A DNA stretch of 64,000 nt from Lophium mytilinum. Lineage: Eukaryota. Position 1 is the first letter of the stretch, and each line of letters starts with the position of its first letter. Location: contig MU004182.1 of assembly GCA_010093605.1 (NCBI GenBank), positions 1,769,032 through 1,833,031 on the forward strand. Direction: 5' to 3'. Both the position numbers and the translations under genes were made by a program. Positions 50,901-64,000 of this stretch are shown piece after piece. Under the pieces are notes generated by a model that saw only the letters and a program-made list of their open reading frames with translations, was not told the DNA's origin and did no database searches.

Positions 50901-53057
50901 TTGTATCCTATCGCGTGGGTGGTGCATCGTTGATCTCGGAAACTTAGGTAACGCGATGGCACCTATGCGCTAGCAACTCGGCTTCGTAAGGCCGCACATG
51001 ATTATCTTAGCGGCTGCTTTGCGGCTTCTCATGACAAGGTAACAGTCACTGTTCTAGCTCAGGGATACCGCGTCAAGGCTTGGGGATCCACCGTCTTCGA
51101 TAAAGCCATGTGACGTGATTCTTCATCAGGTAAGCCCGGTCTTGAGACATCAAGATCCATCTACCTGAAGACTCCACTTAAATAGCTTGCTAAGGACGTA
51201 GGCCCTGCGCGTGCATGAATAAGAGGCCCTAAGCAACCTTTGAGAGCGGTGAATCGAAAAGCAGAAAAGAAACATGGTGGGATATCTCGAAGCGTGGCTT
51301 GGTTCATGTGGAGGGACTCCTCATTGCAGAGGTACTTGAACTCCAGCACGCCATAGGTAATTGCTGAATAAGAAGTTGAGAGGAAACTACACGTGAACTT
51401 TCTGAGCTCCACAAGAGCCACGCATTTCAAGATAAAGAATGAGGAAGGGGAAAGTTGGAATTCGGGGGAAGATATGAAGAGACCAGGCACCAGAGTTGTG
51501 CAATCCTGAATAAGAGAAAAGGACCCCGTATGAAAGTAAATTAGCAGATCAGAGAGGTAAATAGCATGTAGCAAGTCCCACAGACTACAAGGATATCGAA
51601 TATCCTGAAGTAGTGTTTGAAAGTGCCTCCGGGAAAGCATAACCGAATTTCAGCTTACAGAATTACCGGACAGATCTCTCCTACGCTTTGCGGAATCTAA
51701 GCTCATGCTTTTATGCCTACTTTACCAAGCATCATCAACCCATGATATCATGACCTACTCATGTAAGTTTTTAGCTGATGAGCTGGCCAAAGTGGATCCA
51801 GCTCCTGTAGGAGCTGGTATGTTTCCCCACGTATAGTATGTACGAGGAATGCTCGGGCATAATATGACATTGAGGTTGGGGATCGACGGTGTCACATGAT
51901 TGCAGATCGAGCCCTGCATTTGCGTACTCGGCTGTAGACGAAGGATCTCCAGCCTCAGCCTCATGCCAACCATGTGCAGAATAGTGAGACACTCGAGGCC
52001 GCTGCCCCTCAATAGCGGTGAGACCTACCGTGAGATTTGGGAACGTTCTTGTACCCAACGCGAGGGGCTATTGCTGCAGCAGCGGCGTGTGCATATACGA
52101 TAGGCGGTGGTGGCATGCAGGGCAACGGTCTAGATGCTAGTCCGTGGTGGGCATAGGACGGCATTGACGAGAAGTGTGACACGGACTTCCGATGCTGGGC
52201 GGAATGAAGTAAGTCGCGGAGGGCGATGATGCGGGATTGCAGCAGCGACGGGGTTGGTGATGGTGTTGACTGGTGCGCAGACGGTGAGTGGTGAAAGGCG
52301 AGCCGGGACGTGCAGCGCTAGAGCAGTCGGCTACTCACCGCCCAAGGAAGAGGCGCTTCGCGTGCATCGGCGCTGGCCAGAGAGGGAAAGTGGGGTGGCA
52401 CGCTGGATCTGATATGTGCACGACCTTTGGTGTTGCAAAGATTTGGGCGATCACTGACCGCGAATCCTATGGCGCCGGATTTGCGATACTGCCGTCGACA
52501 GCCGTGCGGATTGTCAACTGGCGCTATGTTCGGACGAGTATGCAGCTACCTCGGTCACGGCATTGTGATACGAAGTCGTCCATGAGAAGTGGTTCGCGTA
52601 GATGCTGTGGCCGGTGAATATGCGTAGAAGGTGAATTTTACCGAGTGAGCCACACCATCTGCTGAAGGTGCATTGAGGGTTCTCGCAGGAAAACTCAACC
52701 ATGGATGTGCCAATTGATCCGTAGTCGGAAGTGTTGGATCAGTGTGGTCTGATAGGGTACTGGGGGTGTTTGATCGCCTTTTGCCAGCGAGACTCACGCC
52801 AGTCGATGTCATTGCGCAGCACACGGTGGTCCCATAGCAAATAGTATGCTGGGGATGAGCGCGAGGCGGGACCCTTCAGAGGTGTGCGGATAGACAGCCA
52901 TAGCGCCCGAAGGGTCCAGTGGGCGAGGGCGTGAGGCCGCGATAGCCGCATGAGTCGACACCAAGGTCATGCGGGGCACAATGACGAGAATGGCGGGGCA
53001 GACGGTCACGGTGGGAGACTCGTCGGGGACAGTGCCCAGACCGCAGTTCCGTCTGGC

Positions 53058-53101
53058 GGGTCGAGTTGGAGGGTCGAGTTGGAGGGTCGAGTTGGAGGGT
53101 C
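53058..53101. repeat. 13-bp perfect tandem repeat (GGGTCGAGTTGGA) x3.4
   Basis: Directly visible in the sequence. Confidence 0.9.
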
Positions 53102-54724
53102 AGACGTCTGAGCATGTTATACTGAGCATCGCGCGCCACGGCCGTGCAGAAAGAGTGAATGGAAACCCTGACAGCACGGGGTCCCCCGGCAAGCGCGCTT
53201 CAGGGTCCATGTTGCACCGCTAGACATACACACCTGACGATGGTGCCGTGCGACGTGATAAGTCAATCTGCGGATTTTCGAGGGGCGGCGGTCTGGAGAA
53301 GCTCGCAGACATGGTACTCGGCTCCATCTTTGACCACCGCAGGAGGCAGCTTAAGCTCGACCACGGATGCAGAGGGTGGGTTTCGGGCATGGAGGGGCGT
53401 CAAGACAAGCCCTTGGGCTCGAGGCCGGCCTCGGGGAGCGATCCTTGATGGCTCGACAATCGAGCCTCCAACCCAGCCTAGCGCTCTCGCTGCCAAGGGT
53501 CTGAAGTGCAGGGACCTCGACAACGACGCCCGCATTCGGCGTGCTGAGGGCGCTGAGGGACGACTGCTGCCCTGCTCGGCGCGATCCGTGGTGTTGAGGG
53601 GCTCCGTCGCCGGCTGGCGGTGAGCACCCGGGCGGCTGGCATGCTCTCTTTTTCGCGGCTTGGTGGTGAGGAGATGGCTCCTCAGCGCGCGCGGCGAACA
53701 GGGAGGGCGGAGAGGCTGCAATCGCATGCGCCCAGCTGCAGGCCTAGTGTTCTTGCGCCGGGGGTGGTGGTGTGCTCTGCTGGCCTGATTGGCCCTTGTG
53801 ACCTGGACGTCTATCACAACGAGGCGGCCTTTTGCCTCTCTCCCGCGCTCATTCGGCTGCGCAGAGGGTCTGCAATCTTGCCTGCGCGTGTCCTCCTAGT
53901 CCTCCTTGCCTCGTCGACCGATCGTGGAGTTGCTGTTGATTCTCGTCGAGTCCCGAGTCCCATCAAGTCGAGTTTTTGCCGTGTTGTTTGGAGCGAGTGC
54001 CCCGCCAGATCCCGCCGCAGAACATCTAATTTCGCACCCGTAGTCTCCACCGCGCCTACGCATCCAAGACGGGCCTTAGGACGCCGCCGCTATCTCTCTC
54101 CATCGTGCCGTGTGTCTGCCCTCGCCTTGCCTCTCACATCGTCCGGCCTGCGCGTGCCCGGCCTGGCCTGTATTTTGCCTTGTGGGTTTGCTGAGATAGC
54201 ACTGAGGCGCGCTGCAGCAGCTTGCATTGCTCGAACCCTCAAACCCCCCCCCCCAATTGGCCCTCCTCTTTGGCAGAATTTCGCTTGGCTTGCTTCGTTT
54301 CTTGCGACTGGCGCCAGTCGGCCGACACTCCCTGCGTCTCTCTGCATATCATCTCGGCCTCCGCCTCGATCGCTTCACTCCCGGGACCCCCTCGGGCTCT
54401 GTCGCAGACTCACGCTGTACCTCCTTCACCACCCGGCGCCTGCGAGCATCTTCTCGCGCCGTCGCAGAGACGAGCCATCAGTGTCGTTCTCGTCCTTGTT
54501 CGTGCCTTCCCCGCACTTGGCCTTTGACACTTCTGACTGACATTTGCGTGGCAGTGTCGTGTTCTGCTGTCATTCTTCCCACGATCCTTTCAAAGAGCAC
54601 CGTCCCCCTCTTCCTCTTCCTCTCCGGCGACGTCTCCGATTCCTTCTTTCATTTCTCCCCGAACATAATACCCCTCCGGCACGCGAACGCCCTACATGTA
54701 CTCGCGACCAGCGATATTTGAACT

Positions 54725-57247
54725 ATGGACACAGAGGATGGGCAGATATTCATAAAGGTGGGACCACATCGAGAGCCGCGCTCTTTGGCGCTTCAACGAT
54801 ACCTTTCTGTGCCCTCAGTATGTGGCTTGATCAGAACTAATCGTCCACAGAATCTGGCCTACTTTGTACGAACTCACGAAAAAGCACTCGCCAACGCCCT
54901 CCAACTGCAGCGCCAGTCTCCTAAAAATGCAGCCCCCTCGGGTGGAGGCCCCGCCTCCCCGACGCCGAACCCACCCTCCAACTCTGCCTCTACCTTCGCG
55001 GCTGCTCTCTCCCTTCCCTACCTCACTTTTACCTCGCAAACGATAAAGCCCGCAAAGCTGACCCTGACCCCGCACCACCTCTTCTACCTCCTCTCCCGCT
55101 TCGAGGAGCTATCGATTCCTGTGGGACCAATGAATATTAGGCTGGAAAACATACACTCCGAGTCAACAAACTATGTCTCGTTCTTGAGCAAGGCACAGAG
55201 GAACAAAAGCAGGGCTTCCGATCGTGACTCGATGCACTCCGTGTCTAGCATACGCAGTGTAATGTCAGGCATGTCTTCGTTGTGGTCTACACTGGGCCTC
55301 GCTTCCAACAGTGCAGCCAAGGCAGAAAAGCAGAAGGCTGCTATCCAAGAGGACTTGAAATACCTCTATTCTGCCTTTACCAAGATTCCGTGTCTACGCC
55401 TTGCGCCTGACCACAAGGCCCGCCTCATCGCAGGCTACGAGGAGTTCCCCTTTGATAGTGCCGTGCCTCTTTTTGCGTTCAAGAACCTGAGTGCCCTCGA
55501 GATCTACGACGTAGACTTCCGCCAATTTTATGGTTGGGATCGACTAGCTGAGCAACTACGGAGCCTCACTGTCAAAAGAGCTGGAGTGGACGACCCGGCC
55601 GATTTGCTGATAAACGTTGTCCTAGACGATATGGACAAACGGAGAAAGAGGTCTGCGAAGGCGCCACCGTCACCCGTCACGCCATGGACTGCGGCTAATC
55701 CTGCTACCAAAAATGTTGACATTGCAAGGTCGCAGACGCCACCGGCATCGCCAGGCGACAGACTGGGACCAAACAGCCCCCAAAGCGTTCCCATGGCGAG
55801 GAGTGGCTCTAGTGAATCCAAGTCCACACCCCGCGCTAGGCAACGGAGTGCATCACCTACGCGACCTCACAGTTCCAGGCATGGTTCGACCAATGTGTAT
55901 GGCAGAGGTAGTATGGGAAATATCCGACGTTCATCCGGAAGCTCAGGATCTAGCGTTCAGTCGGCGACTCCTCGCAATAGCACATCTAATCTGCTGTCCA
56001 CCGCGTGGTTCCCGTCAACCAAGTGGAGATTTTTGAGGCATCTGAGTCTTGCTGACAATGCCTTGACCAACATCTCAACGGCAAGTCTGGCTCCACTGGC
56101 CAACACTTTGCAGTCTTTTGATCTTTCAGCAAACCTCTTCACAGAGATTCCCGACAGTCTGGCTTCATTGACGTCTCTCCGTGCGCTGAATCTTTCGAAC
56201 TGCATGATTGAGTCGCTGCACTCGCTGGGAAGGAGTCCGTTGCCGGCTATAACTACCCTGAACCTCCGTTCCAACCGTCTGGTCTCGCTTGCCGGCGTAG
56301 AGCGGCTGCTGTCTTTGGAGCGTGTTGACTTGCGTGATAACAAGCTAACAGATCCAACCGAAGTTGCTCGTCTGACAGGCATTCCGGAAATACAGGAGAT
56401 CTACGTCAGTCGCAACCCGTTCTGCAAAACACACAGCAACTACCGTGTTACAATCTTCAACCTGTTCCGAAAAACGCCTGGATTTTCTGAAGATATTGTC
56501 ATTGACACCACCGGGCCAGGCTACAGCGAGCGCAAGCAGCTAGTCGATAGGGCGCCGGAACGTCCCAATGTTCCTGTTATGAAAACACCTCCAGAGGACG
56601 ACGTGCGTCCACCTCCACCTCCGCCCAAGCCGCGCCCAGTCTTTGCGGATGTTCCCGGACAGGGGAATATCGAATCCCAGACTCAACCGGCGAGATCACA
56701 CCACCGTTCGAGAAGTGATTATGGGACAGGGGGAACGGGATCGCAAAGACGGCGCAAACCAAAGCGGCGGATAGTAGAGCTGTCGCAAAGCGAGCACGCA
56801 AAGTCTGCAGCTTTACCACCTCTCCCGCCGCCGCCCCACTTCAGCGAACCGCCGCCATCTGACGATGTATACACCAGCCCGGTCAAGCCGCAGCTCCATA
56901 CAGCACAAACAGTATCTGGCGCTTTAACCACCATACACACCCACCCTGATCAAGGGCAACTTCCTCTCATAAACACCACCCTAGCCACCCATCCTAAAGA
57001 CTCGGCAGTGGAGTTTGGTTCGGACTCGACGGTGGACTTTGACGTTAGCAGCGACCTTTACAAAAAGAAAATTGAAGCCTTGCGGCAGGACTTTGGAAGC
57101 ACCTGGCTTACGGCACTTGGGGACGAGTCGTGGGATTCTCAAACCGTGGGAAGCTTTCCCGAGCCGGGCTTCTCTCCTTCGCTCAAGCCGTCTCTGACCC
57201 GTACGCCCAGTCAAGGCATAGTGTCAGGAGGACGAACGCTCGGCTGA
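54725..57247 (+). CDS. Fungal leucine-rich-repeat protein
   Basis: FVRTHEKALANAL, LTPHHLFYLL, LRRs (LRHLSLADNAL, LRALNLSNCMI, LNLRSNRL, VDLRDNKL). Intron 54758-54850. Confidence 0.9.
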   Translation: MDTEDGQIFIKVGPHREPRSLALQRYLSVPSVCGLIRTNRPQNLAYFVRTHEKALANALQLQRQSPKNAAPSGGGPASPTPNPPSNSASTFAAALSLPYLTFTSQTIKPAKLTLTPHHLFYLLSRFEELSIPVGPMNIRLENIHSESTNYVSFLSKAQRNKSRASDRDSMHSVSSIRSVMSGMSSLWSTLGLASNSAAKAEKQKAAIQEDLKYLYSAFTKIPCLRLAPDHKARLIAGYEEFPFDSAVPLFAFKNLSALEIYDVDFRQFYGWDRLAEQLRSLTVKRAGVDDPADLLINVVLDDMDKRRKRSAKAPPSPVTPWTAANPATKNVDIARSQTPPASPGDRLGPNSPQSVPMARSGSSESKSTPRARQRSASPTRPHSSRHGSTNVYGRGSMGNIRRSSGSSGSSVQSATPRNSTSNLLSTAWFPSTKWRFLRHLSLADNALTNISTASLAPLANTLQSFDLSANLFTEIPDSLASLTSLRALNLSNCMIESLHSLGRSPLPAITTLNLRSNRLVSLAGVERLLSLERVDLRDNKLTDPTEVARLTGIPEIQEIYVSRNPFCKTHSNYRVTIFNLFRKTPGFSEDIVIDTTGPGYSERKQLVDRAPERPNVPVMKTPPEDDVRPPPPPPKPRPVFADVPGQGNIESQTQPARSHHRSRSDYGTGGTGSQRRRKPKRRIVELSQSEHAKSAALPPLPPPPHFSEPPPSDDVYTSPVKPQLHTAQTVSGALTTIHTHPDQGQLPLINTTLATHPKDSAVEFGSDSTVDFDVSSDLYKKKIEALRQDFGSTWLTALGDESWDSQTVGSFPEPGFSPSLKPSLTRTPSQGIVSGGRTLG

Positions 57248-59302
57248 AGCCATATCCCCCTTCAACCACGCCGAGCTATACTCCGAAAGTGTTTCATCCA
57301 GCGAGGCGTCTACGTTTCATCCTTATACCTCCCCTTTCTCTGTCAGTCTCTGCGCGGTTTGTCTCCTCTCGTTCACGGCCATGAATTTACGCATGCATGC
57401 TTTTTGTAGATCATTATGCACGGCGTTGGGGTTCCTTTCGAGCTCGAGCGCCGAGGCTTACCGCTCGCTGTATCCTATTCCTGTTTGCAGCTGTTGATGT
57501 TTCATTCTCTGCCGGTTCTGCTCCTAGTTTTGCTCTAAAACGGTTGCATTGCTTGCATTTGCTTGGTGCTGGAGGGGTTTTATTGGCATGTTTGCGCTGT
57601 TTGCTTGCATTTTTTTCTGGAGAATGTGGTCTGCATGGTTGTATGATAAGGGTTGGGTTTTCCTATGTGTTCTGCAGCGATTCAGCCAGATGATTTCAAG
57701 ACGAGCGATGTGCGGGGGATTGCGTAGAGAAAGGAGACTGGCAGGCTTCCTGGAATGCATATTTAGCTCATTGTTCAGACTGGGGCCGGGCGCTCTAGTT
57801 ATAGTTTGTGTCTGCCCGAATCCAAATGAAGGTTCTTCCAATGTCCCGCTATCTTTTTCACTGTGCATCTCGTATATGATGTCACCGGGCACGTGATCTT
57901 CCCGCGACGACCCCCTCCTCGAACATGAAACCGCCCCTCCGTGGCGACCACGATGGCGCCGCTTCTTCCAGCGGATTCCCAAAGCAGCCGACCGGGAGCC
58001 AGAGCCGCATAAGGCGTGGGCGAGAGTATGTTTCTAGCTAGTTGATGCCTGAAGGGGTCCTCGAAGCGGATCATGCGGACGACGGGCCTCAGGCCTGGCC
58101 TTGCCCGCTGGACACTGAGGCGACACGTAGCGTGGCATTCACGAGGCACGCAGTGTATGTGTATATGTGGATGCGTGTACGTGTATATAAACTGGTGCTT
58201 TGTTCGAGATACAGCTTTGCCACGCAAGTCTAGCGACGTGTAAGACCGGCAGTGTTTCTAAGCTGGCGGGTGCAGCTGGCGGTGCAGCTTTTGTATAGGG
58301 CTCCTTAGCGCCAGCTCCAAGGCCGTTTGTCAGTGAGCAGGGTGAGCGACTGGGGGGCGTCGGGCGTGGGTCGGTCTCTTCTGGCGGCGCTGCTGTCTGT
58401 GCCGGCTGCGATCGCTCTCATCCCTTCACAGCACCGCAGACAACTTTTCTGCTGTCCTCGCTGCCTCTTCTGCTGCCCTGCCTCCATCGAATCCGTTAGC
58501 ATTCCCGCCCTCTGCTGCCGCAAATTGCATCGGTGTCGGCACATTCCTCCCGCACTCGAAATCGCACACTTCCTAAACGAGAGTGGCTCATCGTCCTCAC
58601 TCTGAAACGCAAACTCGACCTCTGCCCAACATCAGCCGCCGCCCACCTCAACACCAACTCCCAACGCCCGCAGTCCTCATTACCCTCCGTCCGGCTCCGC
58701 TGGTCTTGCTGTTGCTCCCTCCGCTGCGACTTTCTGCACCGCAGCCTCCCGCCGCCCGCTGTAGCGGTGAAAGAGCGCATCCCACTCCGTGAGAACCTCG
58801 ACTCTCGCTCCGGTCACAACAACGCCTCCCCACCACCACCGCGCCAGCCTGCCCGCCGCTATCCACAGCGCTGCCGCACACAAACGTTCCCAAATATCCG
58901 CTGCTGAGTCTTCTGTGCTGCACACTCCTGCCAAGTCGCGTGATTCCGGCACCGCCGTTTGGCGTCTTCTGAGGGGCTTCGAGCCAATTCTCTGCACTCG
59001 ACGGCATCGCTGTCCACAGCCTATCTAGAGTTCTGCACATTCACAAGCATCAGAGGTAAGCTATACATCCCAGCGTGTCTTTCTATTCACTCTGCCCGCA
59101 TGTCGCCCAATGACCAGGCTCCCTCCCCATCTGCGTCATCAAAACAGCTCCCGACGCGATTGCTAACCTTTTCTCCTCCCCACCAGGCGGCACACACCAC
59201 ACTTGCACCGCAGCGCAATCTCACCACCCCACCTCTTAACCCCCCGCGAGGCTCACTCGCTTCCTCATACTTACCCGCAACAGCCATCAGCAAGCCCCAG
59301 CG

Positions 59303-60520
<1,218 letters not shown>

Positions 60521-62052
60521 CACACTATAAACAGATGAAAAACAATTACGAACTCCTCGTGCAGCAGGTTCGGGCGTCGATAGACATACCCACAACGTTA
60601 TTACGCGCCACCCCCGATCGTCGCCTACAGATGAGCATCGAAGTATCCGCGTCACTCGCCAATATCGTTCCCTACCTTCCTTCGGCAGACACTGGATTAT
60701 TCGACCCTCGAACCCCGACGACCCTCGAGCTCGGCTGCATGTTTAACGCCCACCCATACCTTCACTATCTGTCAAGTTGCGATTTGTCATCCAAGCCCGC
60801 GAAAATCAACGGTACCACAAACTTTACGATGACGAAGGCGAGAAACTCTCTTGGCTCATTTGTGTGTGTTTTGTTGCCCCTCCTTTCTTTTTCCTCCTTT
60901 TCAACAACTGTTTCTGTGTTATGAGATAAAGGGACTTGGGGGGGCGAAACAATTACGAATTAACTGGTCCCTCGAATTGTTCTTTCTGGACATTCCCCCC
61001 CTTTTTTTAGCTTTTGCGTCCCGTCTTTCTGAGAACTCGCCGGGCGGAAAGAATCGTGACGGGGGGGAGTTCTGTTGTGCTTTCTGTTGAAAATGGAACG
61101 ATGGTTTATTAACTTCCACAAGACTCGTGTGCTTTGCTTTAGTGTCTAACCTGCCCCCTGCCCTGCACGTGTCCGATCTGGGCGCTGCTAGATGGAATTG
61201 TATTGTACCTTCACAATTAAACGGCCTTGACGACGGTAAATGTGTGAGTTGGTATGTCCCTAAACGAATTGCTGCCTCGAAAGCTCCCACACCCTTTTCA
61301 ATAACACAAATCTCCTCATGGCTTTCTCACTGTGTGATATAGTGCAGTGAGGTTTTCTTAAGAGGTCCGGGGTGGCGAGGTGAGTGCCGGTGTTGATGTC
61401 GATACTAGATGGGATCCAGAGGTGGTCTCTGGTATAGTACAAGGGCATACTTCTAGACCGTATGAGTGCTATGAGAGCTATATACTACTATCACGAGCAA
61501 GCTCGTTACTGAACAGGTGGTTAGGCAAGAGGTAATCTATCGTTCGCTGCATGGCACTTTGACATCGCGCTTAGATTGTCAACATCCAAAAGTCTAGGGG
61601 GGGAAACTCTATGCGGTGGCGAATGGGTGTAGGAGGGAGGGCCATGGCCTGTGGCCGTCACGTTGGAGGGGAGCGGGAGAGGTACTTCGATGTCATTGGT
61701 GTCATGGGCGATGTTATTGGCGATGCCATTTCTTGTAAGTCTTCACTGTTCACGGAGAGATGGATGGTTCAGGCTGACTTTACTGGATAGATTGGGGTTC
61801 GAGCTTTAATATGGAATCTAGATGTTTTTTTGCTAGAAAATTCAGGGTTTTACTATTTGTCTACGGTGAATGCAATGCTAAGTCCATTCAAATCCAAAAG
61901 ACTAACCCAACGCGTTGAAGTAAACGACTTCATCCATGCGTATCCTAATGCAGCAGAAGGCTTGTAGCACAACCATTAGCGTCAACAGAGAAAGCTAGCA
62001 GATGCCTCTCGTGATTTATTGACAAGGCATCTTTTGAAGGCCCAGTTGAAGC

Positions 62053-63633
62053 CTAGGTCGGCCGAATGATTTGGAAATCAACATTGACGTCCATGAAAGC
62101 TTTCGCCACATTTTTCTGCTCCAAGCTCCCAGCAAACTCCACCTCCTGAATATCCTCAACCAACCGAACCTCATCGGTAGGCGGATGACGAATCGTAAAC
62201 CTCCGCAGCGCGGGCAGATTCCCGGCACGGACGCTCTCCAGAATCTGCTGCACGCGCATCTCAGCCTTCTTCCGATTCACTCTCGCCCAGAGATCCGTGA
62301 CGACCAACTCCTCCAAACACCGCGGCAGCAGGTCCGGCACACCCTCGACGCTGAAATCATATCCCCACAGCATCGCCGCAGCAATCTCGAAGTGCTTCAA
62401 GTTCCGAAAGCCGGCCAGCGAGCCGATCGTTCGCTGAACCTTGCAAATCGTCCCTCCATGTTTGTCGCGCCCGTCGATGACGAGCGTCTCAAGGGTGCGG
62501 TTCTGCGTCATAAGGGCCTGCATGAAGCGCCGGTTAAGCATGCCGCTCTCGGAGATGTGCAACGAACGAAGTTTCTTGCAGGTTGCGAGCGCCTTGCCAA
62601 AGCCGCGGGACATGGATGCGTCGCCGTTGTCGGAGAGTCGCAAGGTGTGGATTCCGGAGAGGTCCTTGTCTGTGTTGGGAGCTGGCTTGAACGTGTATTC
62701 ATCGCCAGGGCGAAATCCCGCCCGTCGGATGTGCAACACGGACGGTAGGGACATCCACGGGCTATCGGATAGGTCATGATTCAAGCACTGCGGCCCGGCG
62801 ATATCAACCTCCTTCAGCTTCGCGAACGTCTGCCGGAGAGGCGAACAGAGGTCTGAGGCTCCGTCGTGCACCCACGGGGTCCGCGTGGCGAGCAAGGCTG
62901 CTTGCGCCAGCGCGCTGCTCAGATCCGGCCACCCGAAGCGCGTGAAGTGGAGTTTGAGGCGTGAGATGTTGGGGACCATGGAGAGCAGCACGGCGAGGAC
63001 GGCGTCGAGGCTACCCATGCGGAGGGCGTTGACCCAAAAGTTGGTCTGGTAGTAGCCGTATGATGCTTGCCCTGCGTTGCCGGAGGAAGGTTTGCAGAAG
63101 GTGTGGCCGTATGGTAGCGCCGCGGCTATGGCTTCGTCTACGAGTGTCTGGACGGTTTGGGGGTCGATCTCCTCCAGGTCTCGCCATCGATCAAGGTGGT
63201 CTTGGGGTTCGCGACGGGGGTCTTTTAGCGAGCGGAGATCGGTGTACGTGATGGATTTGACGAGGTTGGCCAGGTCGGGATATGTGTGGAGGGTAGTGAT
63301 GAGCTGGGCCATTCGTACCCTGTCGTCGTCAGAGGATGTGAAGGAGATGTCTCGGAAAAGTGCTTCACTTCCGATTGCGTTTATCCGCTTGGATACTAGG
63401 GATAGGTTGGCGAGATCGATGCTTGGTATGCTTTCTGCTACTTGGAGAAGAAGCTCATTGGGGAGTGACAGAAGCGGAGCGAGCGAGGCTGGCTGGGGAT
63501 GCTCGCTGGGTAGCACGGTTGAGCTAGGAGAGCTTTCTAGCACCTCCAGCTCCTCTCGTTCTGGCATATGTAAATCAGGTGCTGTAGGGGCTGTATGAGC
63601 ACCCAAAAGGAGGGACTGAATGTCTGGTAGCAT
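62053..63633 (-). CDS. F-box protein with degenerate LRR-like C-terminus
   Basis: LLSLPNELLLQVAESI...LANLSLVSKRI. Intronless 526-aa ORF. Confidence 0.8.
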   Translation of the reverse strand: MLPDIQSLLLGAHTAPTAPDLHMPEREELEVLESSPSSTVLPSEHPQPASLAPLLSLPNELLLQVAESIPSIDLANLSLVSKRINAIGSEALFRDISFTSSDDDRVRMAQLITTLHTYPDLANLVKSITYTDLRSLKDPRREPQDHLDRWRDLEEIDPQTVQTLVDEAIAAALPYGHTFCKPSSGNAGQASYGYYQTNFWVNALRMGSLDAVLAVLLSMVPNISRLKLHFTRFGWPDLSSALAQAALLATRTPWVHDGASDLCSPLRQTFAKLKEVDIAGPQCLNHDLSDSPWMSLPSVLHIRRAGFRPGDEYTFKPAPNTDKDLSGIHTLRLSDNGDASMSRGFGKALATCKKLRSLHISESGMLNRRFMQALMTQNRTLETLVIDGRDKHGGTICKVQRTIGSLAGFRNLKHFEIAAAMLWGYDFSVEGVPDLLPRCLEELVVTDLWARVNRKKAEMRVQQILESVRAGNLPALRRFTIRHPPTDEVRLVEDIQEVEFAGSLEQKNVAKAFMDVNVDFQIIRPT

Positions 63634-64000
63634 AGAGCCTGATGCTGCCTGAAGTGAATGATATGATGAGTAGGCAATCAGCTAACTTGTTGAGTAGTGG
63701 GTGAGGTAGGTTGTGTGCTGGCAGCTGATGATCCTCAGGTCTATGCAGTGATCGATAGGCTGCTATATAGTGGAAACTTTGTTGTCAGGCTAAGTGTAAG
63801 GACAATGTGAAGTGAAAGTACGTGTAAGTAGAATGTGAATATTATGTGGCTCCAGGCATACACGGCTCTACCTGAACATCACTCTCGGATTGCTTGATGT
63901 CAGCGCAGGATGGAAGCTGTAAGTTCACTCCTTCCGAATCAGGTTCTTGTCCTTTATAAGTTCGCTCTGCTGGATCTCTCGAAGTGCACTGCAACCAGTG

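Noticed and set aside
50558..50962. Short ORFs across the array (e.g. repeated VQVLTNRTVE)
   Set aside because: The period varies from 110 to 112 bp, which breaks frame, and stops interrupt the ORFs. They are a by-product of the repeat.
53620..54540. 306-aa ORF upstream of the LRR gene
   Set aside because: Non-ATG start, R/S/P/A-rich composition typical of GC-rich UTR or promoter DNA, and no recognisable domain.

Overview
Gene-dense genomic DNA from a filamentous ascomycete (Pezizomycotina), inferred from GT-AG introns with CTRAC branch points and fungal-type proteins. About 20 protein-coding genes can be supported: Hsp90, three F-box proteins, a GST, an OPT transporter, a small membrane protein, a divergent NAT (UapA/UapC-type) purine permease and amidohydrolase pair, xylulokinase, a mitochondrial CDF metal transporter, a monoglyceride-lipase-like hydrolase, an FAD/NAD oxidoreductase, a PAF-acetylhydrolase-like secreted hydrolase, a membrane protein, separase, a hybrid histidine kinase, a large coiled-coil protein, an LRR protein and the PP1 catalytic subunit. 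Two non-coding regions are not explained by these genes. (1) At ~50.19-50.90 kb there is a head-to-tail array of six to seven ~110-bp units. Read on the minus strand, the units carry a Pol III B-box (GTTCRA in 6/6), an A-box-like motif at tRNA-like spacing and a closing stem, with no T4 terminator inside the array. (2) At ~12.83-13.30 kb there is a ~470-bp intergenic segment dense in nested helices, with A-box/B-box motifs. The permease/amidohydrolase pair also shares a perfect UaY-type site. All calls were made by eye; no searches or folding programs were run, and some exon boundaries are approximate.
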